NCBI RefSeq assembly: GCF_000353285.1
Contig: NZ_KB731324.1
Span: 6,009,018 to 6,041,017, forward strand
Length of the DNA stretch: 32,000 bases
Source of the DNA: Leptolyngbya boryana PCC 6306
Lineage (GTDB): Bacteria > Cyanobacteriota > Cyanobacteriia > Leptolyngbyales > Leptolyngbyaceae
Reading direction: 5' to 3'
Shown here: piece after piece, positions 16,175 through 28,300 of the stretch
How the letters are laid out: each line of letters begins with the position of its first letter
Numbering within the stretch: the first letter of the stretch is position 1
Position numbers and translations under genes: made by a program
Notes under the pieces: model-generated
What the model saw: only the letters and a program-made list of their open reading frames with translations
What the model was told of the DNA's origin: nothing
Database searches by the model: none

Positions 16175-18082
16175 ATGGTTGTCGATCGCATCTCCGAACT
16201 CAACCGCGTCAATGCGAGAAAAACTGATGCGTTTGATATTTTTAATATTCGTGCTTACGTTGGTGCAAATCCCTATTTGTCGATGGCTGCCATCGTGTTC
16301 GATTTTACGCTGACGAAAAATCAGAATGCGCTGCCCGTCGAGCAGTATGCCAAGATTGTGAGCGATCGCTATCCTGATTTCCGAGAAAAAACGTTTACTT
16401 CTCATGCTGATCTGTTTGCCCAGACCGTCGCGAAAGTGAGTGCACTGGAGATGGATCTGCATTTGCAGCACTGGAGTGTCACGGCTTATCCACAGTTCGA
16501 TCGTATTGCAGTCGAAACGCTACATGCTCGAACCAGTCGAGAACTGATCTTTTCAGTTTGGGATTGGTTTGAAGCGATGACTCAAGGACAAGACTTTGCG
16601 ATCGCAGATCACATCGAAGTGTTGCAGGCGCAGTTTCGGCGATCGGTGTATGGTGGCCCTACGGTTTATGCTTTACTCAAATCGGCTAGAGAGCTAGGCA
16701 TTCCCACTTTCTATCTGTGGGATGAAGGGTTGATGCAGTATGGCTACGGGCGAAAGCAAGTCAGAGGCATTGCCACAACTTTCGAGCGGGATAGTCATCT
16801 CGATTCAGACTTCACGACACGCAAAGATGACTGCAAAGCGTTCTTGCAAACCTTAGGATTTCCTGTGCCAAAAGGTCGGATTGTTTCGAGCTTCAATGAA
16901 GCACTCAACGCAGTTGATCGCATCGGTTATCCAGTCGCGGTAAAGCCTGTGGTCGGACATAAAGGCATCGGCGTGACAGCAAATATCCAATCCGATGAAG
17001 ATCTAGAAGCCGCATTCGATCGAGCAGTAGAAGCTGTTGAACCAGAACAATCGATTCGGATCATTATTGAACAGAGTATTGAAGGCGATGATTTTCGATT
17101 GTTGTGTGTGGATGGAAAGTTCATTGCTGCGACGAAGCGCGAACCTGCTTCGGTAGTCGGAGATGGAATGTCTACGATCGAGGAATTGATCAACCGAGCG
17201 AATCGCTCTCCTGAACGCAGCGATACCCCAACTTCGCCGATGGGTAAGATTCATGTCGATGACGCGATGCACCGCTATCTAGCTGAGCAGGATTTATCAA
17301 TTGAGACAGTACTAGAGCGCGATCGCACAATCTTCTTGCGCAAAGTCGCGAATCTCTCTGCTGGTGGACTGAGCATTGATGCAACACCGAACATTCATCC
17401 CGATAACATTGTGCTAGCTCAGGATGTCGCTCAACATTTTCGCTTGACTTGCCTCGGCATTGATATCATGACCCGCGATCTCAGCCGCTCTTGGAAAGAA
17501 GGAAACTTTGCCATCATTGAGATCAATGCGGCTCCTGGAATTTTTATGCACTTAAAACCTGCGATCGGCAATCGAGTCGATGTGACTTCTCATATTTTGA
17601 AAACCTTCTTTCACTCAAGTGCAGAAGCTCGAATTCCGATCATCACCTTCAATCGCGTTACTCTTTCAGATTTGCAAACTGCGATCGCTTACATTCTTCG
17701 ACATTATCCACATTGGACAATTGGAGCCGCTTGCCAAGATGGTATTTTGATCAATCACTCTGAAAAGCCACTGCATCCAGACTACAACACCAACATTCAG
17801 AATCTACTGAGAAATCCTAAGTTAGATTTACTGATTACTGAATATCCTGAATCCATTCTCGATCGCTCTGGCATGTTTTATGAAAAGAGCAATCTTGTTG
17901 TGCTGAATGATCCAACAGAGATCGAAATGATGTTGGCAAAAAATATTTTTGAAGATGCAAAAGTTGTGATTAAGCAAGGCAGTAAAGTTTCAACTCAATA
18001 TCAAGGATTGATTGAACAATATGCTTTAAGTGAATCGTTCGATCAGGTTTACCTAGAAGCAATCGCGGCAATGATCTTGTAA
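16175..18082 (+). CDS. cphA2: truncated cyanophycin synthetase, CphA2-type (N domain + ATP-grasp G domain, vestigial M domain)
   Basis: 635 aa, compared with about 900 for CphA1. CphA-type N domain and ATP-grasp blocks are present (GYPVAVKPVVGHKGIGV, IIEQSIEGDDFRLLCVDGKF, RKVANLSAGG, AIIEINAAPG). Where CphA1 has the Mur-ligase P-loop (IPIVAVTGTNGKTT) this protein reads IPIITFNRVTLSDL, and only about 170 aa follow. Confidence 0.8.
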   Translation: MVVDRISELNRVNARKTDAFDIFNIRAYVGANPYLSMAAIVFDFTLTKNQNALPVEQYAKIVSDRYPDFREKTFTSHADLFAQTVAKVSALEMDLHLQHWSVTAYPQFDRIAVETLHARTSRELIFSVWDWFEAMTQGQDFAIADHIEVLQAQFRRSVYGGPTVYALLKSARELGIPTFYLWDEGLMQYGYGRKQVRGIATTFERDSHLDSDFTTRKDDCKAFLQTLGFPVPKGRIVSSFNEALNAVDRIGYPVAVKPVVGHKGIGVTANIQSDEDLEAAFDRAVEAVEPEQSIRIIIEQSIEGDDFRLLCVDGKFIAATKREPASVVGDGMSTIEELINRANRSPERSDTPTSPMGKIHVDDAMHRYLAEQDLSIETVLERDRTIFLRKVANLSAGGLSIDATPNIHPDNIVLAQDVAQHFRLTCLGIDIMTRDLSRSWKEGNFAIIEINAAPGIFMHLKPAIGNRVDVTSHILKTFFHSSAEARIPIITFNRVTLSDLQTAIAYILRHYPHWTIGAACQDGILINHSEKPLHPDYNTNIQNLLRNPKLDLLITEYPESILDRSGMFYEKSNLVVLNDPTEIEMMLAKNIFEDAKVVIKQGSKVSTQYQGLIEQYALSESFDQVYLEAIAAMIL

Positions 18083-18321
18083 AACTGATGCCTTTGAAGA
18101 GACAGATATCGGTTCTCTAGAGAATTCTTCTGAATTAAGTAATTTTACTGGGTGATTCTTGTGGAATTTATGTGTTAATTGGCACGTAAAAGAAGCAAGC
18201 TGGTAAGTTAGTGTGCTTACTAAATTTACTGGTTTGCATGAGCGACGTTGCCCCGTTTAACTAGTGTGTCCCTACTTTTAGAGGGTCACAACTGGTTATA
18301 TTACTTCTCAGGAATTACCCA

Positions 18322-19143
18322 ATGTCAGACTTTGAGCAAATCTCCCTGTTGACGATCGACAACCAATCCCTTTCTCTTGGCACGGTACTTCAGTACTTTC
18401 AACTCTCTGGAAAACTGATGCCTTGGATTAGAGACATTCTTGAACAGCATATTGTTTTTCAAACGATTCAATCTCGCAACGACTTGAATATTCTTGAATC
18501 TGAGGTAGATCAAGCAGTCATTAATTTCCGAATCAACAATCAATTGTCTGATGCAGATGTCTTTGAGCAATGGTTGATCAATCAAGGCATCGACTTCGCA
18601 GTATTGAGAAGTCGGTTTGTGATTGGGCTGAAAGTGGACAAGCTGAAAGCATTGATCGCAGAGCCAAATTTGCAGGCATTGTTTGATCAGCAGAAGCTCG
18701 CATTGGATCAGGTCGAACTTTATTACATGATCGCTTCGAGCCAAGAGATTGCTGAAGAAATTCAGCGCAAAATCGAACAAGAAGGTGGTTTTGAGAAAGT
18801 TGCGAGAGAGTATGCTTTAGCAGAAGAGCCGCAAGTGAGCTTGGTTAGACGGGCTTTTTCGCTGGCTCAGTTGCCTGAAGACCTCAGAACCGCGATCGCA
18901 CAAAAGCAAGCTGGCGATACCGTGGGCGCAATCGAAGTTGAGCAGCGCTGGTGTGTGTTCCGCATCGAAGCAGTCGTTCCTGCTGTCTTGGAAGGTGAAT
19001 TAAAGCTTGCGCTACAAAATCAGCTGTTTGAACAATGGGTTGCTGATCAGATCCAGCAGTTATCTGTTCGATTGGGAGGATCTCAACTGGCTGAGGCTTC
19101 TGCCGTTGAGACAGAAGAACGGGAACTGGTAGCGACAATGTAG
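18322..19143 (+). CDS. PpiC/parvulin-like (SurA/NifM-like) protein, probably catalytically degenerate
   Basis: 273 aa. It has a helical N-terminal chaperone-like part. The C-terminal region VELYYMIASSQEIAEEIQRKIEQEGGFEKVAREYA...GDTVGAIEVEQRWCVFRIE follows the parvulin fold pattern, but Tyr and Val/Phe sit where the two conserved His residues are expected. Confidence 0.55.
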   Translation: MSDFEQISLLTIDNQSLSLGTVLQYFQLSGKLMPWIRDILEQHIVFQTIQSRNDLNILESEVDQAVINFRINNQLSDADVFEQWLINQGIDFAVLRSRFVIGLKVDKLKALIAEPNLQALFDQQKLALDQVELYYMIASSQEIAEEIQRKIEQEGGFEKVAREYALAEEPQVSLVRRAFSLAQLPEDLRTAIAQKQAGDTVGAIEVEQRWCVFRIEAVVPAVLEGELKLALQNQLFEQWVADQIQQLSVRLGGSQLAEASAVETEERELVATM

Positions 19144-19363
19144 TTGATCAGGTGTGTAGGGGTGAATAGCTCTGCCAATGCCTCAGACTTTTGCCCCTCA
19201 ATCTCGCATACTGAGAAACTTTGAAAAGCACAGAATACCTTCATAACATAGGCATTCTGGTTGAGAACAGCCCAATCCAATTCATGTTAATTTCCTGAGC
19301 GCGATCGCTTCTAGATATCGCGCGGTTTTGCTTTTCATCCAAACTTAATCCCGGTAACGACTT

Positions 19364-22300
19364 ATGCAATCTGATGCTCTACTTCGTAATGCTTTACTAG
19401 GTTCTACAACGGCAATTGCCCCTGCGCCGCTTGAGATTAACTTAAGTCCAGCACTAAACGATATCTCTCGATCGAGTTCGATTGCATTTGTCGATCGTGG
19501 AATTCAAGGATATGAAAAGCTCCTCGCAAACGCTGCTTCAGGAACAGAAATCTATGTTCTAGATCCCATCAAAGATGCAGTTTCGCAAATCACCGACATT
19601 CTACTAGAGCGCACGAGCATCTCGGCAGTTCACATTCTTTCGCATGGAAGCAGCGGCGGACTGACATTAGGACAGAACTGGCTCGACAGCAACGCTTTGG
19701 AACAGTATGCGGATCAGTTCCGAAGTTGGTCAAAGGCACTCACTCAAGACGCAGATATCTTGCTCTACGGATGTGAGGTTGCACAGGGCGAAATTGGACA
19801 GGCATTTGTCAATATTTTGAGCGAATTGACGCAGGCAGATGTTGCAGCTTCAACGAATCTGACTGGAAGCGCAGCGCTAGGTGGAGACTGGACTTTAGAA
19901 TATCAACACGGCAAGATCGAAGCCGGATTAGTGTTTCAATCTGCTGCACTCGCTGACTATCAATCTGTTCTAGGCATTAACTTTACGGGCAGTGCTATCA
20001 CGAATACTGGCATCAATACGGTAGGTGCGATCGCGCGGATCACAGGCAACGCGATTTTAGACGTGATTGGGGATATCACGATCGATGCAAGCGGGATTAC
20101 TGGAGATGGAGTAGGCGGGCTTGATAACCTCACGCTAAAAGCAACAGGGAACGTTGAGATTCGCGGTTTAGTAGGAACAGGTGGGCTAAATAATCTCAAC
20201 ATCGAAGCGAGGACTATTACTGTATCGAATAGCGTTCGGATTGAGGCGCTGGCAGACATTGCATTTGCGGCTAAAGATTTGCGGATCAGTCTAGAGAGCT
20301 TGTTGCCTGGAGTACTGCCTGTCTCTGCTGACATTAAGTCGTCTGGAATTACACTAGGCAGCAATGTTATTGTACAAGGTCAAAATATTAGCTTCAGTGC
20401 AGAAGCGAAAGATATCAATCCAACCGAGGGACTGAATGAATTTATAGACGGTATCATTGTTCAGCCGTTAATCGATTTTTATGCCGGACAGGTTCCGTCC
20501 TTGCCGGTTAGTGTGATGGTTCGAGAGTCTAGAGCAAATATTACGATCGGCAATGGCTCTCAAATCCTTGCGACAGAAGATACTAGCATTGTTGCGACTG
20601 CGGCAGCAGATGCCAGTGCAGAAGCAAAAGGCGAATTTGTTAGCGTCGGTTGGAGTAATGCGACTGCTTCTGCCACAATCGACATTGGACAATCCGTCGT
20701 GATCACAGCTGGAGCAGATGTTACTCTTGCCTCAGATGCCTCGACAACGGCAAGTATGACGACTGAGACGAAGCCTCCTGAACAAGGACAATCTTCAGTT
20801 CCTGGCGTTGCTGTATCGCTCGCAATTGCGAACGCAAATTTGACAGCAAAGACAACGATTTCACAAGGAGCAACCATTACCGCAGGGAGAAATGCAAACA
20901 TTCTTGCAACTGGGAAGGTTGAACGAGAAGCAGGTTCTGAAGCCGAAGCTAGCCAGGGTGGAAAAGCGGGCGTATCGGTTGGACTAGGGTTCACAAAATC
21001 AGATGTTCAAGCGATCGTCAATGGAACCGTGACCTCGGGTGCAACGGCTGAAAAGATCTTTAATCCATCTGTTGCGGTGAACAACAATGCGGACACTATT
21101 ACCGTCGCAAATCATGGCTTCAAGCAGGGGCAAGCTGTTGTCTATAGTAAGGGCAGTGGTTCGGACATTGATGGATTAGAAGATGGCAATACTTATTTTG
21201 TGATTGTTGTGAATAACAACACCATTAAGCTTGCCGAGTCTGCTGCTGCTGCTGAAGAAAACACCGCGATCGATGTCTCTAATTCGGGTGTTCAGGGTAC
21301 CGATCATGTCCTCAAAGATCCAGGCATTCGGATTGTCGCTCAACTGGAAAGTGAAGATAAAGCTTCCGCAACCTCAGGTGTGAGTGACGAAGAAGAAGAA
21401 GACACGGCGAATGGGCAAAGCGGCGATGGAGCACAAACCCAAGTGAATCCCGCAAGTCTTATCCAGGGAATGACTGCAAATAATGTCTCTCAAAACGCGG
21501 GCGCAGGCGGAAGTGGGTCTAAAACGAACTTTAGTGCAGCAGGTGCATTTGCGTTCTCTAGCGTTCGTAACACTGTAGCTGCGACCGTGGGACTTACAGG
21601 CGTACTCAAATCTGAAGCAGACATTGCGGTGCAAGCCACGATCGAGAATAAAAATCAAACGCAAGCAGAGGCGAGTGTCGAACCGAATGAAGGCGCACAA
21701 GCTTCAACAGCAAGTGCGGCAGTCATTGTTGGCTTGTATTCTAATAGCGCGATCGCAAAAGTTGAGGGAACAACTGATGCTCGAAAAGCAACGACGATCA
21801 GTTCTGAAGTCATTTATCCATTCCTCTCTACGGTTGAAGAGAATTTTGATATCCTCGGAAAGCTTAAAGAAGATGGAATTGATGGTCTAGTTGAACACTT
21901 TGATGATGGAACTCTGGGCTTCAAGAGTTCATTGTTCAACTCTTGGGCGAAGAGTACTGCAAAAGCCGAGAAATTGGGAATTGCGGGTTCGGTGAACTTC
22001 CAGCAGTTTACGAGTAATGCACAAGCGATCGTCGGCTCCAATGCCAAGATAAATCAAACTGCTGCATTCCAGACGAATGAACAGACGGTTTCGGTTGAAG
22101 CCAAAACAGAACTGCATCAAATTAACATTACGGGTGTCTTCGATTTTGAGTTGACGACCGAAAAGCTTCAAGAATTGAAAGATTCCAAAGATCGTCTAGC
22201 AGACCTGAATCCGGCTGGCTCACAGTCTGGTAAGGGTGGCATGGGTGGATCATTGTTCCTCTTGTTTAACAATAGCAATACGATCGCGAAAGTTGAATCT

Positions 22301-25300
22301 GGAGCGCTGATTCGGACGGGAGCAGATGGAGATCTCACGGTCAAGGCAGAGTCTAAAAACATTGATATTAACGTTGCACAATCGGGTGCAAGCGGTGGAC
22401 AGTTTGGAGTCGGTGGGACTTTTGTTTACACCAATCAGACAAGCAATACGATCGCGCAAGTTGATAGCGGTGTGAAGTTCCGAGGTGGAGCACTCAACAT
22501 TACAGCCGCAGACGAAACGACGCGCGTGAATGCGGTCGGGGGTGTTGCGAAAGGCGGCAACGTTGGGATTGGTCTATCTGTGTCGCTCAATAACATGGAT
22601 CGAACCGTTTCTGCCTTTATTGGTCAAGTCGCAACGGCGGCACCCATTACTGGCACAGACATTGATGCAGGCGATATTACGATTGGGGCGAAGGGAACAG
22701 GTGGCTTGTGGTCATTCTCCCTAGCAGCTGCGATCGCATCTAAAAATCCCCAAGACCAAGCGTCTCAAGATCCTCCCGAACAACCGACTGATGTTGCTGA
22801 TTCTCCAGGCAGTTCGGATGATCCCTTAGACGGGGTTACGTTGCCGACACTCTTTGGAGAAATGACTCCACAAGCAGATGCAGCCAATCCAGACAACAGT
22901 GCTGCAAATACGTCGAATGACAAGGGCAATCAAGGAAAATCTGGAATTGGAATTTCTGGGGACGTTTCGATCAATACAGCCACCGATCGAGTGTCTGCCT
23001 TTATCAATGATGCAGGCGTAATCAACGGTGGAAAAGTTGCTCTAGAAGCAACGAATGATACTGTGATGCGAGTTGCTTCTGGTTCAGCCGCGTTTGCTAA
23101 ATCTGCTGACGCCAATGCAACATCGGTAGGAATTGCAGGATCTGTTAGCATTAACACGTTAACAGGCACGACAAATGCTTTTATTACGGGCACTGCTTCA
23201 GGGGGGCAGAAACTCGCGCTCACAGCGGATCAACTCTCCTTAAAAGCGATTCGCAGCGGAGATCTGTTTGCACTGTCGGCGAGTGGTTCTGGTGCGCCTG
23301 GTAAGAATGGCATTGCGATCGCTGGCTCTGTTTCCGTCAACCGCATTACAAATACAACTGAAGCTTATTTAAATGGTGTACAAGCGACCATTGCTGGCAG
23401 CGTTTCGTTGGATGCGAAAGATAACTCTCGAATTTTTGCGCTCGGGGGTGCAGTAGCAGGTCTGGTTGGACGGGCTGGATTTGGCGCAGGCGTGGGTGTG
23501 AATATTATTAAGAATACGGTTAAAGCGAATAGCAGTAACACCACGCTCGATCTTGGTACAAGTCTAACTTTGTCTGCTCTGAATAGCTCTGAGATTCAAG
23601 CAATTGCAGCATCACTTGGGATTTCTCCACAACAAAATGGAATCGGTGCAGCGGGAACCGTTTCTGTAAATAACATTACCCTAACCACAGAAGCTTCTGT
23701 TACTAAAACGAACCGAACTATCAACGCGACTTTACCCACAGGCGTGATCTCACTATCTGCGAAAAACACTGCAACGATTGAATCTTTAGCAGGCGCGGTT
23801 GGAGGCGGTCAAACTGTCGGCTTTGGCGCAGCCGTTGCCTACAATGGCATCACAAACAACACTCAAGTTTTTGTCAGCGAGTCTACACTAGCGACGACAG
23901 CAGGAGCAGAGATCACAGCAGAATCTTCAGGCACAATCAAATCGCTAACGCTAGGCGTTGGAGGTGGAAAAGAACTCGGTCTAGGTGGCTCTGTTGCGAT
24001 CAATATGATCCGGGGTGGAACTCGTGCTTTCATTGACCAAAACACAGTTCTACTTGCAGGCGGTCAAATTAACCTGGGGGCGAAAGATACGAGTACGATC
24101 GAAGGCTTGTCAGGCGGAATTGCAGGCTCTCAAACAGCCGCGATCGGAGCAGCAATCTCAGTTAATGATATTTCAACGACGACGACAAGCTACATTGAGA
24201 AATCTACGGTTACGTCACAAAATGCAGGGGTTCGTTCTGTTGCTGAAGCAAGCGCAACGATTAAAACGATTACAGTCGGAGGCGCGGGTGCTCAAAGCGT
24301 TGCGATTGGGGGATCTGTTTCTGTTAACTTGATTCGTAAAACAGTAGAGAGCCATATTGCAGATAGTGCGACAGTGACTGCGGCTCAAGATGTGAAAGTC
24401 GAAGCGATCGCATCTTCAACTTTAGAGGCGAATGGGGGCGCTTTAGCAGGTGCAGGTAAAGTGAGTGTTGCAGGCTCACTGGCCGTGAATGATCTAGAAA
24501 ATAGAACGATCGCACGGATTTCAGGCTCTACAGTTACAAGTTCTCAAGGCAATGTGATTGTCAGTGCAGATTCTCGTGACACAGTGCGAACGATTTCTGT
24601 CGGAGGCTCTGGTGCAGGTAAGGTTGGTGTTGCGGGTTCTGCCTCCGTCAGCATGATGGGGAATACCACAACAGCAGAGATCGTCGGTGGAACCGTCAGC
24701 GCAGATGACAACGTACTCGTACTGGCAAACAGCAAAAATGCGATCGATTTTTATGGAGGGACAATTTCGGTTGGAGGCGTAGCAGGGGTTGGCGGTCTTG
24801 CGAATGTTAATACGATCGCAAATACAACCCAAGCTGCAATTCGCCAAGGTGCAAGTGTTACCGCAAAGGGCAACGCGACAAGTTCGATTTCAAAAGCGGA
24901 TGGTACTGGAACCAGTGAACTCACACGCGGCGTTGCAGTCATCGCGACCAGCGAAGAGCAAGTTGATGTCGTATCCGTCAATCTTGCAGGAGGTGGCAAA
25001 GCAGGTGTAGCAGCAACAGCATCTGTCACCGTTTTAGAAAGTCAGACGACAGCATCGATTGATGGTGCGTCCGTTAACGCAAATAACACTGGGGCAAATG
25101 CGGGTCAAACCGTCAAGGTTAAGGCATTCAATCATTCTGATGTTGACATTAAAGCAGGTTCGATCGCAGGGAGTGGCGCAGTCGGTGTTGGTGCAACCGT
25201 TGATGTAACTGTGATTGGAAATACGACTCGTGCCTTGATTAACAATGCTCCGATTGTGAATGCTCAAGCTGGCATTGATGTCACGTCCTTCACTCGCGAA

Positions 25301-28300
25301 AAATTTGGGTCTGTTGTTGCAAGTGGTGCAGGTGGATTTTTTGCAGGGGTAGCAGGTTCACTTCTAGTCAGTGATATTCGCAGTCAGAATGAAGCATTCA
25401 TTGCAGGTTCGACCATTAATACCTTTGGTAATCTGCGAGTGATTGCTGATGATCGGGTCGAAGCAACTGGAGCCTCAGGAGCAGCAGGACTTGCGGGTAA
25501 GGGAGTTGGGTTTGGTGCGACGATTTCCGTCATTACGATCGCCAATTCTACAACTGCGAAAATCACAAGCTCTACGACGAATGCAAGTGGACTGACTGAA
25601 GTTAAGGCAAATTCGGTAGAAAGCGTGACAACAGGCGGCGCATCTTTAGGGGCAGCACTGTTTGGAGGAGTGGCTGGAACAGTATTGGTTTCCTCGCTCA
25701 CAACTGATACGATCGCGACGATCGATGGAACGAGCCGAGTCAACCAAGATTTGGCGTACCGCACTGGAACACAAGATGTCCAAGTGAAAGCTGAAAATAA
25801 TTCAACATTGACCGGGGGTGTTGCAGCGCTGGGGGTAGGAGCAGTAGGGGCTGGAATTTCGGTCATGGTATCGGGGATCTGGAATACAACTTCAGCATCG
25901 ATTGGAGACGGCGCGACGGTCAGTGCAGGACGCAATATTGTTGTAGATGCCGACTCTAGCAAAACAGTAACAACTGGTGTAATGGCATTTGCAGGAGGGT
26001 TGGCTGGTGTCGCGGGTGCTGTCTCTGTCGTCAATATCGGCAGCGGCATGTCTGGCGATGGCACGAGTTCTGTCGCCTCGACTCAATCTGAAACGGATGA
26101 ACAATTGGATAAGAGCCAAATCGATAGCGGTTTGGGTAATTCCAGCTTTGCGACTCGTGCGAAGACCAAGGCTGATAGCAAGACTGTCGGGATGAGAACG
26201 ACAGGATTTGGGGCGACTGCTCCAGTGCTGAACGGAACCAGTGCTTTTGTGGGCGTGAATGCGATCCTCAACGCTGGTGCAGATGTCAATGTGACTGCGA
26301 CTGAGACGATTACGCTAAATCAGGGCATCGGTAACATTACAGTCGGCGCAGTCGGTGTTGGAGGATCGGTTGCGATCGCAAATATCAACGGCAATACTCA
26401 AGCATTCTTGGCAGAAGGCTCGATCGTCAATGCAGGTAACAATATCAATGTGACTGCGAACTTTACGAATACCCTAAATAGCATTGCAGGTGCAGGGCAG
26501 GGTGGACTGGTGGGCTTAGGTGCTCAAGTTGTAATTGTCAACGATGATAGTCGTCAACTTGCAGCAATTCGCAACGGAGCCAGAATTAATCAAGCCAATA
26601 ATGTCTTGGTCACTGCTCTTGCGAATCGAACAAATACAAGCACAATGGTTAACCTGCAAGTTGGAGGCTATGTTGCTGGAGCCGCGATCGCTCGATTAAC
26701 AGGAAAGGGTTCAACTCAAGCTCTCGTTGACAATGATGCTCAAATTGGTCAGGTTGCTGGCAGCACTGTCGGCAGTCTGTCTGTCTCAGCCGATGCGAAT
26801 CTCACTGCAACTGCAACCACTCGATCGCTCTCAGTTGGAATTGGTTCTGGGAGTGCGAACGTTGCGATCGCTGACTTTTCTCCGACCATTTCTGCAAGCA
26901 TTGGTGCAGGAGCAGACATTAAGACCTTACGCAATATTGATGTTGTGAGCAGTGGTACTGCAAATCTCGCAACCGATGTTGCTGGAGCAAATGCCGGAGT
27001 TGTTGCAGTCGGACTATCGAATGCAAGATCTCAAGTGAATGCGACCTTAGCAACAAGCGTTGGAAGTGGGGCTAGGCTTGATGCCGGAACAAATATTCTC
27101 CTTGCAAGCCGATTTAACCGAGATGCAAGTGGTCAACTCATCTCTGGAAAGCAAGTAAAAGCTTCTGCTTCTGCTTCTGCAGGTGCATTAGGTGTCGTAG
27201 TTGGCGCGAAGGCTGAAGCTAAGATGTCAACGAATATTGCTGCTTCTGTCGATAACGACGCTAGATTAGACGCTGTTAATCATGTATTGATTCAGTCTCA
27301 GTCGAGTAATGTCGTCGATGCTTATGCAAGTGGTAAGCAGCTTGGGGTTGCAGCAGGTGGAGCAGTGATTACTGAGGCGGAAATCACGAACACAAATCGG
27401 GCTTCAATCGGCGACCGTGTAAAAATTACTGCAGGTCAGGATGTCACAATTTCCGCACAGTCTGATAATCATGTTGTGCGATCGGAAGCAGAAGGTGCAT
27501 CTCTAGGTGTTGCGACTGGTGCAAGTACTTCTGCTAATGCAACTGTTACAGATAATACCACTGCATCGATTGGGAGCAGTAGCGAAATCATTGCGGGAGA
27601 AACAATCAAAGTCGAATCTTTGATGAGTAATCAAGTTCAAAGCAAGGGCACGTTTGAGACGGGTGCTGCTGTTTCTGCGAATCTCACACAAGCTCGAAGC
27701 AGGCTAACTTCCCGCACACTGACTGAAATTGGTACAAATGCGTTGTTGAGAGGCAAGACCGTTCAACTTCATGCAAAAGGAACAAAACTCAATGTTGATG
27801 CAGATGCTACTTCACAAACGGCTGCGTTGAATTCTACGACAAATGCACAATCCTTTGTCGATGTTGATACGAATACAAAGGTTGTCAACAAAACAAGCGC
27901 AACGTTAGACGGGGAGAATCGTGTAGAAATTCTGTCTCGCTTAGATGGAGTTGAACTCAATACTAGTAAATCGAAGTCAAAAATTGCGGGTTTTACTGGA
28001 TCGATCAAGGCGAATTCGCACAATGACTTTAAACTGACGGCAGATATTGATGTTCAATCTCAGTCTGTCATCATTGGAACTGATGTCCTGATTGAAGCGT
28101 ATTCTCCCCAAGACAAAGCAAGTATCTATGCTCAAGAGCTAGATGCAGTAGCCAATACTGTCGTCAAATTCATTACAGAGACGATTAGAACTGTTTCTAA
28201 AGTCTTTAGCTGGATTCCTTTCTTTGGCAGACTTGTCAAAGAAGTTGTGAGGTGGGTCACAAGAACGATCGAAGAAATTACAAACAGTACTGTCGATGCG

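Noticed and set aside
16073-16471. 132-aa - strand ORF and 76-aa + ORF 16083..16313 at the cphA2 5' end
   Set aside because: They overlap the divergent promoter region and the clearly homologous CphA N-domain coding sequence. Their composition is not protein-like.
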